Counted from the stretch's first letter, positions 8,071 to 18,334 are shown. The stretch is 64,000 nucleotides of DNA from Vicinamibacterales bacterium (GCA_048594975.1 JBMDXQ010000090.1:416102-480101), one strand, 5' to 3'. Notes: generated by a model not told the origin, from the letters alone. Translations and numbers: made by a program.

Positions 8071-10734
8071 ATGATCCCGGTCCTCGCAGTGGCGCTGGCC
8101 CTGGGGCTCGGCCCGCAGCAGGGACGCGCGCAGGACGCCGGTTCCGCCGCGCTCCTGCCGAAAATAGAAGCGGCCGCGACGGCTGTCGACCGCGCGGCGA
8201 TTATGGATCTCGCCGCCGCCGACGCCGACCGGGATTCCCTCGGGGTCTTTGCCACGACGCTCACCTGGCCCCCGGTCAGCCGCATCATTATCAAGGAACG
8301 CGACCAGATGCCGCTCGACGATGGGCTGCTGGCGGTGCTGTGGGAGGTGTTCGTCGAGCGAGGGATCGAGGGGCGCGTCGCCACCTGGCAGACGGAGCTG
8401 AGCCGCGCCGGTCCGTCCGCCGACTGGCGGATCAAGCGGGTAGTCCGCCTCTCGACGGCGAGCGGCCTGTTCCGCCTGGCACTGGACCGGACGCGTCAGT
8501 TCGAGGTCCGGGGGCTCGCCGTGCGTGGCCCGGACCTGGCCATCGATATGCCCTCGGGCAATCTCTTCTATGCGGCGACGCCGGGCGGCCCGACCGCCGT
8601 CGTGCTGCTCGGCCGCGGCCGCATGCGGTTTGCGCCGCCCGACGCGGCCGAGCGAACGCAGGTGCGCATCTTCTCCGGCCACGACATCCTCGAAACCGAT
8701 TTCGACGCCGCCTTCATCCGGGTGCGGCCGGCGGACTTCGAATCAGTGTTCAAGGCGACCGCGCTCACCCCTCGCGAGGTGGACGGCGGCGCGCTGCGGC
8801 GGGCAGAGGACGTCTTCGAGGAGTACGTCGGACGCACGCTGCAGGTCGACCTGGGCGATCTGAGCCGCGATCGCTGGTCGCTCACGCCGCAAGCCGGCGA
8901 TCTCATCGCCGAGGTGCGCACGCGCAAGTATGGGAGCCTGACCTACGCGCGCTCCAGCGGGGAGTCGGAGGACATCGCCGTGTTCGAGCGGCGCCGGCGC
9001 CGCAACATCTCCATCTATGCCTCGGCGGAGAAGCTGGCAGAACGCGGGCGCTTCTACAGCGACGACGACCTGGTCGACTACGACGTGCTCGAGTACGACA
9101 TCGAGACCGAGATCGACCCGCGGCGGCTGTGGATCGACGGTCAGGCGCGCATCAAGCTGCGCATCCGGGCCCCCTCCGCGAGCACGCTGACGCTGAAGCT
9201 CGCCGAGCCGCTCGTTGTCCGCGGCATCTACTCGCCCGGACTCGGCCGCCTGCTGCACCTGCGCAGCGTCGGGCAGAACAGCGTCATCGTCAATCTGCCG
9301 GTGACGGTCGTCGCGGGAACCGATCTGTGGCTGAACGTGCTCTACGGCGGCCGGCTCGAGCCGCAGGAGCTGGATCGGGAGGCGATCCAGATCACCCGCG
9401 AGCAGGCGCAGGAGACGACGATTGTCCTCGAGCCGCGCTACATGTACAGCAACCGCAGCTACTGGTATCCGCAATCGGTGGTGAGCGACTACGCGACCGT
9501 GCGGCTGCGGATCACCGTGCCGGCGGAATTCGACGTGGTCGCCAGCGGCGACCCGACCGGCGCGCCGGCGCCGCCGCCAGGGGTCACCGAACCGGGGCGC
9601 CCCCGCAAGGTGTACGTGTTCACGTCGCGCGAGCCGCTGCGCTACCTGGCGTGCGCAGTGAGCCGCTTCAACCCGGTCGCCACGGCGGAGCTGAGCATCC
9701 CGTCGCGGGCGCCGTCGCCCGTTGTCGATACCGCATCGGGCCCCGGGTCGCCAACCACGGAAGTCGGTTCGGAACTGAAGCTGTACGTACAGGCCAACCC
9801 GCGGCAGATGCACCGCGCGCGCAGCCTGACCGAAACCGCCAAGGCGGTGTTCGCGTTCTACGCGTCGATCGTCGGCGATGCGCCGTATCCGAGCTTCACG
9901 CTCGCGGTGAGCGAGAGCGATCTCCCGGGTGGCCACAGCCCCGCGTACTTCGCGGTGTTGAACCAGTCGCTCCCCGGGATGCCGACGACCTGGCGCAACG
10001 ACCCGGTCAGCTTCGACGAGTACCCGAACTTCTTCCTGGCGCACGAGATGGCACACCAGTGGTGGGGACAGGCCGTCGGCTGGAAGAACTACCACGAGCA
10101 ATGGCTCAGCGAGGGCTTCTCGCAGTATTTCGCCGCGCTCTACGGGCAGCAGGAACGCGGCGCGGGCGGGTTCACGTCCATCCTGCGGCAGATGCGGTCG
10201 ACCGCCATCCAGGCATCCACGCAGGGACCGGTCTTTCTCGGCTACCGCCTGGGCCACATCAAGGGCGAAGGACGGGTGTTCAGGTCGATCGTCTACAACA
10301 AGGGCGCGATGGTGCTGCACATGCTGCGCCGGCTGGTCGGCGACGAGGTCTTCTTCGCCGGGCTGCGCAGCTTCTACGCGGAATGGCGGTTCCGCAAGGC
10401 GGGCACCGACGACTTCCGCAAGGCGATGGAGCGCGCGGCCGGCCGGAGCCTGGAACGCTTCTTCGAGGACTGGATCTTCGGCGACCGCATCCCGACCGTG
10501 TCGTTCGAGTACAAGCTGGCGGACGATCGGTCGGCGGCGCTGCGCTTCGAGCAGCGCGGCACGCCAGCGGAGTTCCCGGTCACCGTGACGGTCAACTACG
10601 CAACCGGCGACTCGGAGGAGGTGGTCGTCGCGCTCAGCGAACGTCTCACCGAACGGACCATCCCGCTGAAGGCGGCGCTGCGCAGCGTGGATGTCAACGC
10701 GGACCACGCTGCGCTGGCGCGGATCGAGCGATAG
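8071..10734 (+). CDS. secreted M1-family zinc metallopeptidase (aminopeptidase N-like)
   Basis: 887 aa; AGGAG before the ATG; signal peptide MIPVLAVALALGLG; HEMAHQWWG followed by WLSEGF (HExxH-x18-E). Confidence 0.9.
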   Translation: MIPVLAVALALGLGPQQGRAQDAGSAALLPKIEAAATAVDRAAIMDLAAADADRDSLGVFATTLTWPPVSRIIIKERDQMPLDDGLLAVLWEVFVERGIEGRVATWQTELSRAGPSADWRIKRVVRLSTASGLFRLALDRTRQFEVRGLAVRGPDLAIDMPSGNLFYAATPGGPTAVVLLGRGRMRFAPPDAAERTQVRIFSGHDILETDFDAAFIRVRPADFESVFKATALTPREVDGGALRRAEDVFEEYVGRTLQVDLGDLSRDRWSLTPQAGDLIAEVRTRKYGSLTYARSSGESEDIAVFERRRRRNISIYASAEKLAERGRFYSDDDLVDYDVLEYDIETEIDPRRLWIDGQARIKLRIRAPSASTLTLKLAEPLVVRGIYSPGLGRLLHLRSVGQNSVIVNLPVTVVAGTDLWLNVLYGGRLEPQELDREAIQITREQAQETTIVLEPRYMYSNRSYWYPQSVVSDYATVRLRITVPAEFDVVASGDPTGAPAPPPGVTEPGRPRKVYVFTSREPLRYLACAVSRFNPVATAELSIPSRAPSPVVDTASGPGSPTTEVGSELKLYVQANPRQMHRARSLTETAKAVFAFYASIVGDAPYPSFTLAVSESDLPGGHSPAYFAVLNQSLPGMPTTWRNDPVSFDEYPNFFLAHEMAHQWWGQAVGWKNYHEQWLSEGFSQYFAALYGQQERGAGGFTSILRQMRSTAIQASTQGPVFLGYRLGHIKGEGRVFRSIVYNKGAMVLHMLRRLVGDEVFFAGLRSFYAEWRFRKAGTDDFRKAMERAAGRSLERFFEDWIFGDRIPTVSFEYKLADDRSAALRFEQRGTPAEFPVTVTVNYATGDSEEVVVALSERLTERTIPLKAALRSVDVNADHAALARIER

Positions 10735-10852
10735 GATGGTGAACAGCGCGTCGCGTCAACGCCCGATGCCAACTCCCAAATGTCAACGGGCCGCGTTCGG
10801 GTCATGGGGTATTGGGGCGTTGGCCGCTGGGAGGTGTCGCCAGCGTTGTCGT

Positions 10853-11287
10853 TCACTGCAGGTAGATCGAGGCGACCTTCAACTCCCCGTCGCGATCGAT
10901 AGGCTCGAAGACGAGGATGAACCGCGTCCCGGCGTACTCATAGAACCGGGTGAGCCGCTCCCCGAGCAGCCCGCGGTCGACTTCCTGCCGTCCGCTCTCG
11001 GCGGCGCGCCCGAGCCGCTCCGCGACCGCCGCCAGCGTGTCGCCAATCTTCAGCTCCTTGCCGTCGGCGAGCGGCAGCACGGCCACCGAGACGGCCCGCC
11101 CGGGAATGACCGCCGGCACGCTGACCGGCAGCGGCAGCGCCGCCGCGGACGGGCGGCGCGGCGTGGTCTTCAGCTCGTGCAGGATCATGGCGCCGACGAG
11201 TACGGTGGCACCGAGAAAGGCCGCGGCGACGAACCACTCGAGCGCCGCGGCAATGCGGAAGCGCCAGCGCGACTGGAGCGCGTCCAT
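10853..11287 (-). CDS. hypothetical membrane-anchored protein
   Basis: 144-aa ORF, one N-terminal TM helix (WFVAAAFLGATVLVGAMIL), no recognised domain; only sensible frame in this interval. Confidence 0.55.
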   Translation of the reverse strand: MDALQSRWRFRIAAALEWFVAAAFLGATVLVGAMILHELKTTPRRPSAAALPLPVSVPAVIPGRAVSVAVLPLADGKELKIGDTLAAVAERLGRAAESGRQEVDRGLLGERLTRFYEYAGTRFILVFEPIDRDGELKVASIYLQ

Positions 11288-11392
11288 AGTGGCCTCCCTG
11301 CTGGGACGAGGTGGCCTGGTGTGTGAGCCCCACTGTAGGCCCGGCCCCGTCGGCTGTCAAGGAACCGGCGGGGAAGGTATGATCGATAGGTT

Positions 11393-13186
11393 ATGGAAAC
11401 GGTTACGCTGACGATCGACGGCCGCCAGATCACGACCGAGAAGGGCAAGACCGTCCTCCAGGCTGCCATCGAAAACGGCATCAAGATCCCGTACTACTGC
11501 TATCACCCCGCGCTCGGCGTGGACGGCTCGTGCCGTGTCTGCATCGTCAAGGTCGAGAAGATCCCGAAGCTGCAGACCTCGTGCTCGACCCCGGTCGCAG
11601 AGGGGATGGTTGTCTCGACCCAGGCGCCCGACGTCGTCGCCGCACGGGCCAGCGTGTTCGAGTTCCTGTTGATCAATCACCCGCTCGACTGCCCGGTGTG
11701 TGACAAGGGCGGCGAGTGCCCGCTGCAGGATTTTTCCTACAGCTTCGGCCCCAACGAGAGCCGCATGGACTTCCCCCGCCGCGTCTTCGACGGCGAGGGG
11801 GTGCGCGCCGACGTCGACTTCGGCCCGACGCTGCTGCTGAACCGCAACCGCTGCATTCTGTGCACGCGGTGCGTCCGGTTCATGCGCGAGATTGACGGCG
11901 ACGCGCAGATCTCGATCGTGGACCGCGGGTACGGCAGCGAGATCGCCACGTTCCAAGAGGAGGGCGTGCTTTCGCTGATCTCCGGCAACCTGATGGACGT
12001 CTGTCCCGTGGGCGCGATCACCACCCGCGACTACCGCTTCAAGTCGCGGCCATGGGATAACCCGAACGCGGTAGACACCATCTGCACGCTGTGCGAGCGC
12101 GGCTGCAACACCACGGCGTGGATCAAGGCGAAGCCGGAGTGGGCGAAGGGGGCGCAGCTGATCCGCATGACGCCGCGGTTCAACCCCGCAGTCAACCAGT
12201 ACTGGATGTGCGACATCGGCCGCTTCGACTACCGCTGGATCGAGGGGGACGAGCGGCTGCAGAAGCCGCTGCTCCGCACCGAGGCGGGGTCGCTCGAGCC
12301 GACCGACTGGACCAACGCGCTGACCAAGCTCGCCGATCGCGTCACCGCCGCCGGCGGCGCCGCTGCGCTTCGCTTCCTCGTCTCGGCGCACGCGTCGCTC
12401 GAGGAGCTGTTCCTCGTCGGCTATCTTGGAAACGCGTGGGGCACGCCGGCCAGCGGTGTCGCGATCTCGTGGCGCACGCGCGAGAAGCCGCAGCCGCCGC
12501 GGACGAAGTTCAAGATCCCTGCAGTGGACGCCCCGAACGTCATCGGCGCGCGCGATCTCGGATTCCCGGTCGAGGTCTCGAAGGACGGGGCGGCGGAGCT
12601 GTCGGCGTTCCGCGCCGAGGTCGAGCAGGGCCGCGTGAAAGCACTGTACGTGCTCGACCCTGGTCCGGTACGGTCAATCGGAGAGGTCGGCTGGATCATC
12701 GAGGCGCGCAGGTCGGGCCGTCTCGGCCTGCTCGTCGTCCAGGGTGTTCTCCTCACCGAGCTCGCGAAGGCGGCTGACCTCGTCCTGCCCGGCGCATCGT
12801 GGGTTGAGAAGGACGCCTCTTACGTGAACGGCGCCGGCCTGCTGCAGGGATCGGCGCGCGCGATTGCGCCTCCCGGGGAAGCCCAGGAAGACTGGCAGGT
12901 GCTCGTCAACGTGGGGCTCGCGCTTGGCGCGGCGCCGACCTACACGAACAGCGCGGCGATCAGGTCGGAACTGGCGGCGGCGCTACGGGGGAACCCGCGA
13001 TACGAACACCTGTCGGAACTCGCGTTCGCGCGCCCCGTGCCGGCCCGCCACTGGCTGCAGGCATCGAACCCGTCGGAGCGATGGAAGTGGGACTTCATGT
13101 TCCAGGACCTGCCACCGGTGAAGTTCGCCGGCGTGCCGGCGGCGACGTCGCTGCCGAACGCCATTACCCTGCGCAAAGTGGACTGA
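11393..13186 (+). CDS. nuoG: NADH-quinone oxidoreductase subunit G-like Fe-S protein (NuoG/Nqo3 family), not in a nuo operon
   Basis: 597 aa; 2Fe-2S region CYHPALGVDGSCRVC; HPLDCPVCDKGGECPLQD; CILCTRCVRF...DVCPVGA; CTLCERGC; then a molybdopterin-oxidoreductase-like domain. Confidence 0.8.
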   Translation: METVTLTIDGRQITTEKGKTVLQAAIENGIKIPYYCYHPALGVDGSCRVCIVKVEKIPKLQTSCSTPVAEGMVVSTQAPDVVAARASVFEFLLINHPLDCPVCDKGGECPLQDFSYSFGPNESRMDFPRRVFDGEGVRADVDFGPTLLLNRNRCILCTRCVRFMREIDGDAQISIVDRGYGSEIATFQEEGVLSLISGNLMDVCPVGAITTRDYRFKSRPWDNPNAVDTICTLCERGCNTTAWIKAKPEWAKGAQLIRMTPRFNPAVNQYWMCDIGRFDYRWIEGDERLQKPLLRTEAGSLEPTDWTNALTKLADRVTAAGGAAALRFLVSAHASLEELFLVGYLGNAWGTPASGVAISWRTREKPQPPRTKFKIPAVDAPNVIGARDLGFPVEVSKDGAAELSAFRAEVEQGRVKALYVLDPGPVRSIGEVGWIIEARRSGRLGLLVVQGVLLTELAKAADLVLPGASWVEKDASYVNGAGLLQGSARAIAPPGEAQEDWQVLVNVGLALGAAPTYTNSAAIRSELAAALRGNPRYEHLSELAFARPVPARHWLQASNPSERWKWDFMFQDLPPVKFAGVPAATSLPNAITLRKVD

Positions 13187-14949
13187 TGACGCGTCGCCTT
13201 CGCACTGCGGCGCTCGCAGTCCTGTGCGTCGTCGTGGGTGCAGGTGCCCACGCGCTGGCGCAGGGCCGCCCCCCGCGTGCCGACGTGACGGCGATCGCCG
13301 AGCAGGACGCCGTCACCAGGGGGCATGCCGTCCGCGTGGCCGTGAAGGTGGTCCTCCCACCCGGGCTTCACGCCAACTCCAACAAACCACGTGATCCGTC
13401 GCTGATACCGACTGTCCTCTCGATCACGCCACCCGTCGGAGTGACGGTCGAGGAAATCGTCTATCCGAAACCGGCGGACCTGATCCAAAAGGGAGCGGAC
13501 CAGCCGCTCAGCGTCTTCGAGCAGGAGTTCTACATCGGCGCGGTGCTTAGGGTGTCGAGCCAGACCCCCGCGGGGGACGTGACGATTCCCGCACGTCTCC
13601 GCTACCAGGCGTGTGACGAGGCGGTCTGCTATCTCCCGGCGACGGCACAAGTCCAGTGGACGCTGAAGGCCGCCAGTGGCGGAAGCGGAGCTTCCGGGCG
13701 GGAGGACGCCGCCGTATTCGCAACGATTCCGTTCGGTTCCGGCGAGCGGCCGGCCGCGACCGGGGCCGAGGGGGAGGGCGAGGCCGCTCCTGCCAGTTCG
13801 GCCGCTTCGGGCGACGCGCTCCAGGCGCTCGACCGCTTCACAATCCTGGGCGTGGGAGCCGGTTACCTCGACACCGGCGATTTCCTGGCGTTCATCCGCA
13901 ACGCCGAATCCGGTGTCGTCGAGAAGAGCTGGTTCGAGGGGCGCGGCGCCGCCGCCATCCTTGCCATGGTCCTGCTCGGCGGCCTTGCGCTCAACCTCAC
14001 GCCGTGCGTCCTCCCGATGATTCCGATCAACCTGTCGATTATCGGGGCCGGTGCGCAGGCCGGCTCACGGAAACGCGGGCTGCTGCTCGGCGCCACCTAC
14101 GGCGGAGCGATGGCCGTGGCCTACGGTGTACTCGGCCTCATCGTCATCCTGACGGCGAGCACGTTCGGATCCATCAATGCCTCGCCCTGGTTCAATCTCG
14201 GGATCGCGATCCTGTTCGTGGCGCTCGCGCTGGCGATGTTCGACGTCTTCGAGATCGACCTGTCGCGCTTGTCGAGCGGGTTCCTCGTCGCCGAAGCAAG
14301 CCGTGGCACCTTCCTGCTCGCTTTCACCATGGGCGCGATCGCGGCGCTGCTCGCCGGCGCGTGCGTGGCGCCGGTCGTCATCCAGGTGATCGTCTTTTCG
14401 AGCAACCTCTATTCGAGCGGCACGAGCGCGGCGCTGGCGCTGCCCTTCCTGCTTGGGGTAGGGATGGCCATTCCATGGCCGATCGCGGGCGCCGGGATCG
14501 CCGCGCTCCCGAAGCCCGGCGCCTGGATGGTACGGGTCAAGCAGGCCTTCGGCGTCTTCATCCTCGGCATGGCGGTGTACTACGGTTACATCGCGTACGG
14601 GCTGTTCGCGAGCCGCTGGGTGGACGCGGCCGAGGTGGAGTCCAGCGTCGCCGAGAAGCTGAAAGAAGGATGGCATGCCGACCTGGCCGCCGGCCTCGCC
14701 GCCGCCGAGCGAGAGCAGCAGCCGGTGCTGGTCGATCTGTGGGCCACCTGGTGCAAGAACTGCCTGACCATGGACAGGACGACGCTGAGGGATCCGAAGG
14801 TGACCGAGGCGCTGGCGAACTACGTCAAGATCAAGTACCAAGCCGAGCGTCCCGACGAGCCGCCCGCCAACGCCGTCATGCAGCGGTTCGGCGCCATCGG
14901 CCTGCCCACCTACGTCATCCTCAAACCGAAGCGTCCCGCCTCACCCTGA
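13186..14949 (+). CDS. dsbD: thiol:disulfide interchange protein DsbD (alpha, transmembrane beta and thioredoxin gamma domains)
   Basis: ATG at 13186 overlaps the nuoG-like TGA (TGATG). Signal peptide; YQACDEAVCYLP; TM cysteines LTPCVLPM and AGACVAPV; C-terminal WATWCKNC. Confidence 0.85.
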   Translation: MTRRLRTAALAVLCVVVGAGAHALAQGRPPRADVTAIAEQDAVTRGHAVRVAVKVVLPPGLHANSNKPRDPSLIPTVLSITPPVGVTVEEIVYPKPADLIQKGADQPLSVFEQEFYIGAVLRVSSQTPAGDVTIPARLRYQACDEAVCYLPATAQVQWTLKAASGGSGASGREDAAVFATIPFGSGERPAATGAEGEGEAAPASSAASGDALQALDRFTILGVGAGYLDTGDFLAFIRNAESGVVEKSWFEGRGAAAILAMVLLGGLALNLTPCVLPMIPINLSIIGAGAQAGSRKRGLLLGATYGGAMAVAYGVLGLIVILTASTFGSINASPWFNLGIAILFVALALAMFDVFEIDLSRLSSGFLVAEASRGTFLLAFTMGAIAALLAGACVAPVVIQVIVFSSNLYSSGTSAALALPFLLGVGMAIPWPIAGAGIAALPKPGAWMVRVKQAFGVFILGMAVYYGYIAYGLFASRWVDAAEVESSVAEKLKEGWHADLAAGLAAAEREQQPVLVDLWATWCKNCLTMDRTTLRDPKVTEALANYVKIKYQAERPDEPPANAVMQRFGAIGLPTYVILKPKRPASP

Positions 14950-15823
14950 CGCGCAGCGCGCCGGGGATGATCGCCACGTCGACGCGGCGCTCGGCCACGG
15001 CCGGCTCACCGTCCACGTGGAACTCGATCGGCCCGTCCGCCTCGATGGACGCCTCCCTGATGCGGTCGACGGTCACGCCCCGCACCCGATGCGTTGCCGC
15101 GAATGCGAGGTACGGCGCATCGCGGAAGCGCGCCAGCAGCGATCGATCCTCGATGACAGTGGCGTCGAGCAGGCCGTCGTCCAGCTCCGCCTGCGGCGCA
15201 ATCCGCGCGCCCATCCCGAACTCGCGGCCGTTGGCGAACACCATGAGCAGCGCCCGGACGCGGCGCTGCCGTCCGTCGAGGGTGACGCGGTACTCGGCCG
15301 CCTCGTCGCGGCACCCCTCGCGGACGCCTATTGAAACGTAGGGCCAGCGGCCGCGGCGGCCCTGGGCACGTTCGTTGAACACGCGTGCGATGCGCGCGTC
15401 GAAGCCGACGCCCGCCACGTTGAAGAACGGCCGGCCGGCCATCAGGCCGGCGTCGATGACACGCGTGACGCCGTCGAATGCGGCGGCGATCGCTGCCGCC
15501 GGCACGCGCGGAACCGCGAGCGCGGCCGCGAGCCCGTTGCCCGAGCCGGCGGGCACGATCGCGAGGACGGTCGGCGTGCGCATGAGCGCCGTGCCTGCCT
15601 CGTTGATCGTTCCATCCCCACCCCACGCGATCACCAGCGGCGCGTTCGCGGCTGCTGCCGCGGCGGCCAACTCGCGTGCGTGACCGGCGCGCTCGGTCAC
15701 GTGGATGTCGAGCGCGATGCCGCGGCGATTCGCCTCTTCGCGCAGGATCGACGCGCGCCGCGTCGCCGCCAGCCGATCCGCGCCGGCGCCGGAAATCGGG
15801 TTGATGATCGCGATTGCACGCAT
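14921..15823 (-). CDS. diacylglycerol kinase family lipid kinase (YegS/BmrU-like)
   Basis: 300 aa; INPISGAG and GGDGTINE motifs; 3' end overlaps the convergent dsbD by 29 nt. Confidence 0.85.
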   Translation of the reverse strand: MRAIAIINPISGAGADRLAATRRASILREEANRRGIALDIHVTERAGHARELAAAAAAANAPLVIAWGGDGTINEAGTALMRTPTVLAIVPAGSGNGLAAALAVPRVPAAAIAAAFDGVTRVIDAGLMAGRPFFNVAGVGFDARIARVFNERAQGRRGRWPYVSIGVREGCRDEAAEYRVTLDGRQRRVRALLMVFANGREFGMGARIAPQAELDDGLLDATVIEDRSLLARFRDAPYLAFAATHRVRGVTVDRIREASIEADGPIEFHVDGEPAVAERRVDVAIIPGALRVRVRRDASV

Positions 15824-15840
15824 GAGCGCCCCGGGAGCTT

Positions 15841-15849
15841 TGCTATAGT
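15841..15849 (+). promoter_or_regulatory. candidate extended -10 promoter element (TGCTATAGT) for the CHASE3-like/GAF gene
   Basis: TGnTATAGT about 70 nt upstream of ATG 15919 in the divergent spacer; no good -35. Confidence 0.3.
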
Positions 15850-15918
15850 ACCGTCACACCGGCCCGGCGAACGCGGCGTTGCCACGCCTCCGCGCTGACG
15901 GGTGGCCGGAGCGGTCGT

Positions 15919-17166
15919 ATGAGAAGCGTGCCCGTTCGCGTGATGCTCCTGATCCTGTTCGTTGCTGCGACGGCCGCGGCGGGATACGTCATCTGGACGT
16001 TGGAAGCGAAGCGGCGCGCGGGTGCCGAGGTGGCCGCGTCCCTCGACGCAGGCGTCACCGCGGCCGCGCGCGGCTTTCTGGAACTGCGCGCCGCGCAGGC
16101 GGCGTACGTCGCCGCCGGCCAGGGCGAGGAGTTCTGGATCGAGCGGGCCGGCGCCATCATCCTGGATCTGAAGGCGTCAATCGCCGGCATTCGGGCGCAC
16201 GCGGCCACCCCGCAGGCACAGACCGCGATCGACCAGGCCCTCGCGCTGGTGCAGGATTTCGAGGCGATCGATGCCCGCGCCCGCCAGTACGCACGCGGCG
16301 GGCAGCGGCTGATCGCCTCCGACCTGATCTTCTCCGACGGCCTCGATCTGACCGGCGGCGCGATTGCCGCGCTCGACGAGGCACGGCAGGCGGATCGCGA
16401 GCACCATGCAAGCACCGCCCGCGACCTGCGACGCACGCAGGCGCTCGCGCTTGGCGCGCACGGCCTGTTCGCGGTGCTCGTCGCCGGTCTGCTCGCTCCC
16501 CTCGGCGCTCGCAGAGCTCCCGCGCCGCGCGTGGCGATTGTCGCGCCGGCTCCCGACGGGTTCGCACGCGAGGCGGGGCCCCTCGATCTTGCCCTCAGGA
16601 TCGAGGAGGAGCCAGCCGCGCCCGTGCCCCCAGCCCGGAGTTCCGAGGAGCCGGCCTCAGCGCAACCGGCGATGCTCGACACGCTTGCGGCGGTGTGCAC
16701 GGAGCTGGCGCGAGCCGCCGACACGCAGTCGCTCCCCGCGGTGCTCGAGCGCGCCGCCGAAAGCCTCAACGCCTCCGGGATCGTCATCTGGATTGTGGAT
16801 CCGGATGGGCGCGAACTGACTCCGGTGCTCTCGCACGGCTACTCGCCGCTGTTCCTGAGCCGGCTCGGCACGATCGAACGGAACGCGCAGAACGCGACCG
16901 CCGCGGCCTTCCGCACCGGTCTCCTGCAGACGGTAAGAGCCGATGCGACGTCGAGCGGCGCCATTGCGGCGCCGCTCGTATCGCCGCTGGGGACGGTCGG
17001 GGTGATGGCGGCGGAAGTGCGTGACGGGGGGGAAGCCCGGCCGGACCGGCTGGCGGCCGCCAGCATCCTGGCGGCCCAGCTCGCGACGCTCGTGGGCCCG
17101 CCGCTGCCGCCGAAGGCGGACAGCGCCCCCGACCTGGACACCGGCCGCGTGCCCCGACTCGCCTAG
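15919..17166 (+). CDS. membrane sensor-like protein: helical periplasmic (CHASE3-like) domain between two TM helices plus C-terminal GAF domain, no output domain
   Basis: 415 aa; TM1 VMLLILFVAATAAAGYVIW, TM2 LFAVLVAGLLAPL, C-terminal GAF-like block GIVIWIVDPDGRELTPVLSHGY...GVMAAEV. Confidence 0.65.
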   Translation: MRSVPVRVMLLILFVAATAAAGYVIWTLEAKRRAGAEVAASLDAGVTAAARGFLELRAAQAAYVAAGQGEEFWIERAGAIILDLKASIAGIRAHAATPQAQTAIDQALALVQDFEAIDARARQYARGGQRLIASDLIFSDGLDLTGGAIAALDEARQADREHHASTARDLRRTQALALGAHGLFAVLVAGLLAPLGARRAPAPRVAIVAPAPDGFAREAGPLDLALRIEEEPAAPVPPARSSEEPASAQPAMLDTLAAVCTELARAADTQSLPAVLERAAESLNASGIVIWIVDPDGRELTPVLSHGYSPLFLSRLGTIERNAQNATAAAFRTGLLQTVRADATSSGAIAAPLVSPLGTVGVMAAEVRDGGEARPDRLAAASILAAQLATLVGPPLPPKADSAPDLDTGRVPRLA

Positions 17167-18041
17167 AGGATGACGCGGCGCCGCTCCTGTCGCGGCTCGG
17201 TCTTGCCCTTCAGCGTCAGCTTCTTCTTGTCGCGGAGCACGTCGATGGTGAACTCCCCGCCCGATTCGATGCGCGCCACCGCCCGCCGGACGTCGCCCGG
17301 GACCTTCACGTCCTCACCGTTGATCGCGGTGATGACATCGCCCGCCTTGATGCCCGCCTTCCCGGCCGCGGAATCAGTCCTTACCGAGGTGACGAGCGCG
17401 CCCGCCTTGGCCCCGAAGTACTCGGCGAGCTGGTCGGACATGTCGCTGACCGTGAGGCCCAGCGCCGTCCCGGTGCGCCACGTAAAGCCTTCGATCAGCG
17501 GCGCGTGCGGCGGCGTTGGCGGCATCGGCACCTTCGGGGTCACGATGCGCGATGGCAGCTCGTAGCGAAGCATCTGGCTGATGTCTCCGCCGAACCCCTC
17601 CCACGCCTCCCGCGGTTGAACCGACAGCGTCGCCTTCTGGCCGTCCCGGACGACCACCGCGGACACGGACCGGCCCGCTGGTGTCTCCTGCACGAGGCGG
17701 GTGAGCTGGCGCGCACTGCGCACGCGCTCGCCGTCGAACTCGACGACGATGTCGCCCGACTTGAACCCCGCCTTCTCGGCAGGGCTGTCCTCGGTGATCT
17801 GTTCGACGACGGCGCCGTGGGAACCGTCCAGTCGTCCCCGCTTGACGTCGTCGTCAGTCACGTCCCGGATGCTCACCCCCAGGCGGCCCCGCCCTGCTGC
17901 AAAGACCTGGACGTCGAACCCGTCGGGTACGTGAGCCACGACTGGCGCGGCGGCCTGTCCGTGCGCGCGAACGACGGCGACCCCGACGCCGCTCGCCAGG
18001 AGCAACGCGCCGGCCAGCGCGATTGCCTTCCACGATTTCAT
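17163..18041 (-). CDS. secreted protein with two PDZ domains (no protease domain)
   Basis: 292 aa; signal peptide MKSWKAIALAGALLLASG; two PDZ-like blocks (SPAEKAGFKSGDIVVEFDG and SAAGKAGIKAGDVITAING). Stop codons of this and the convergent gene share CTAG at 17163-17166. Confidence 0.8.
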   Translation of the reverse strand: MKSWKAIALAGALLLASGVGVAVVRAHGQAAAPVVAHVPDGFDVQVFAAGRGRLGVSIRDVTDDDVKRGRLDGSHGAVVEQITEDSPAEKAGFKSGDIVVEFDGERVRSARQLTRLVQETPAGRSVSAVVVRDGQKATLSVQPREAWEGFGGDISQMLRYELPSRIVTPKVPMPPTPPHAPLIEGFTWRTGTALGLTVSDMSDQLAEYFGAKAGALVTSVRTDSAAGKAGIKAGDVITAINGEDVKVPGDVRRAVARIESGGEFTIDVLRDKKKLTLKGKTEPRQERRRVIL

Positions 18042-18334
18042 GAGAACCCTCCGTTAACCGATTCGAAGGGTGAGACGCAGCCCTTCCGGAAATGGTTGTA
18101 GGGGACCGTCCCGCGGGGAGGTCACCGCGTCACCGCGAACGGACGGCGGATCGACCGTTCTGGCCGGTTTTCGTCGACTCTCCCGGGCATGCGATTTGAT
18201 GGAGCCCGTAGCGGTCGCGCGGAGTCAACGGGGTGCGTTAACTCAGGCAGGCGCTGGCATCGCCGCATCCCGTCGCAAGTCTGGTCGATTCCGCGCGGCC
18301 GTTTGTGCCTGTTTGGAGGCGCGTTGAGACCGCC

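Noticed and set aside
6607-8682. 691-aa and 526-aa ORFs (6607-8682, 4876-6456) spanning several real genes.
   Set aside because: They cross boundaries of well-supported genes, have Arg/Pro-rich low-complexity translations and no recognisable domains.
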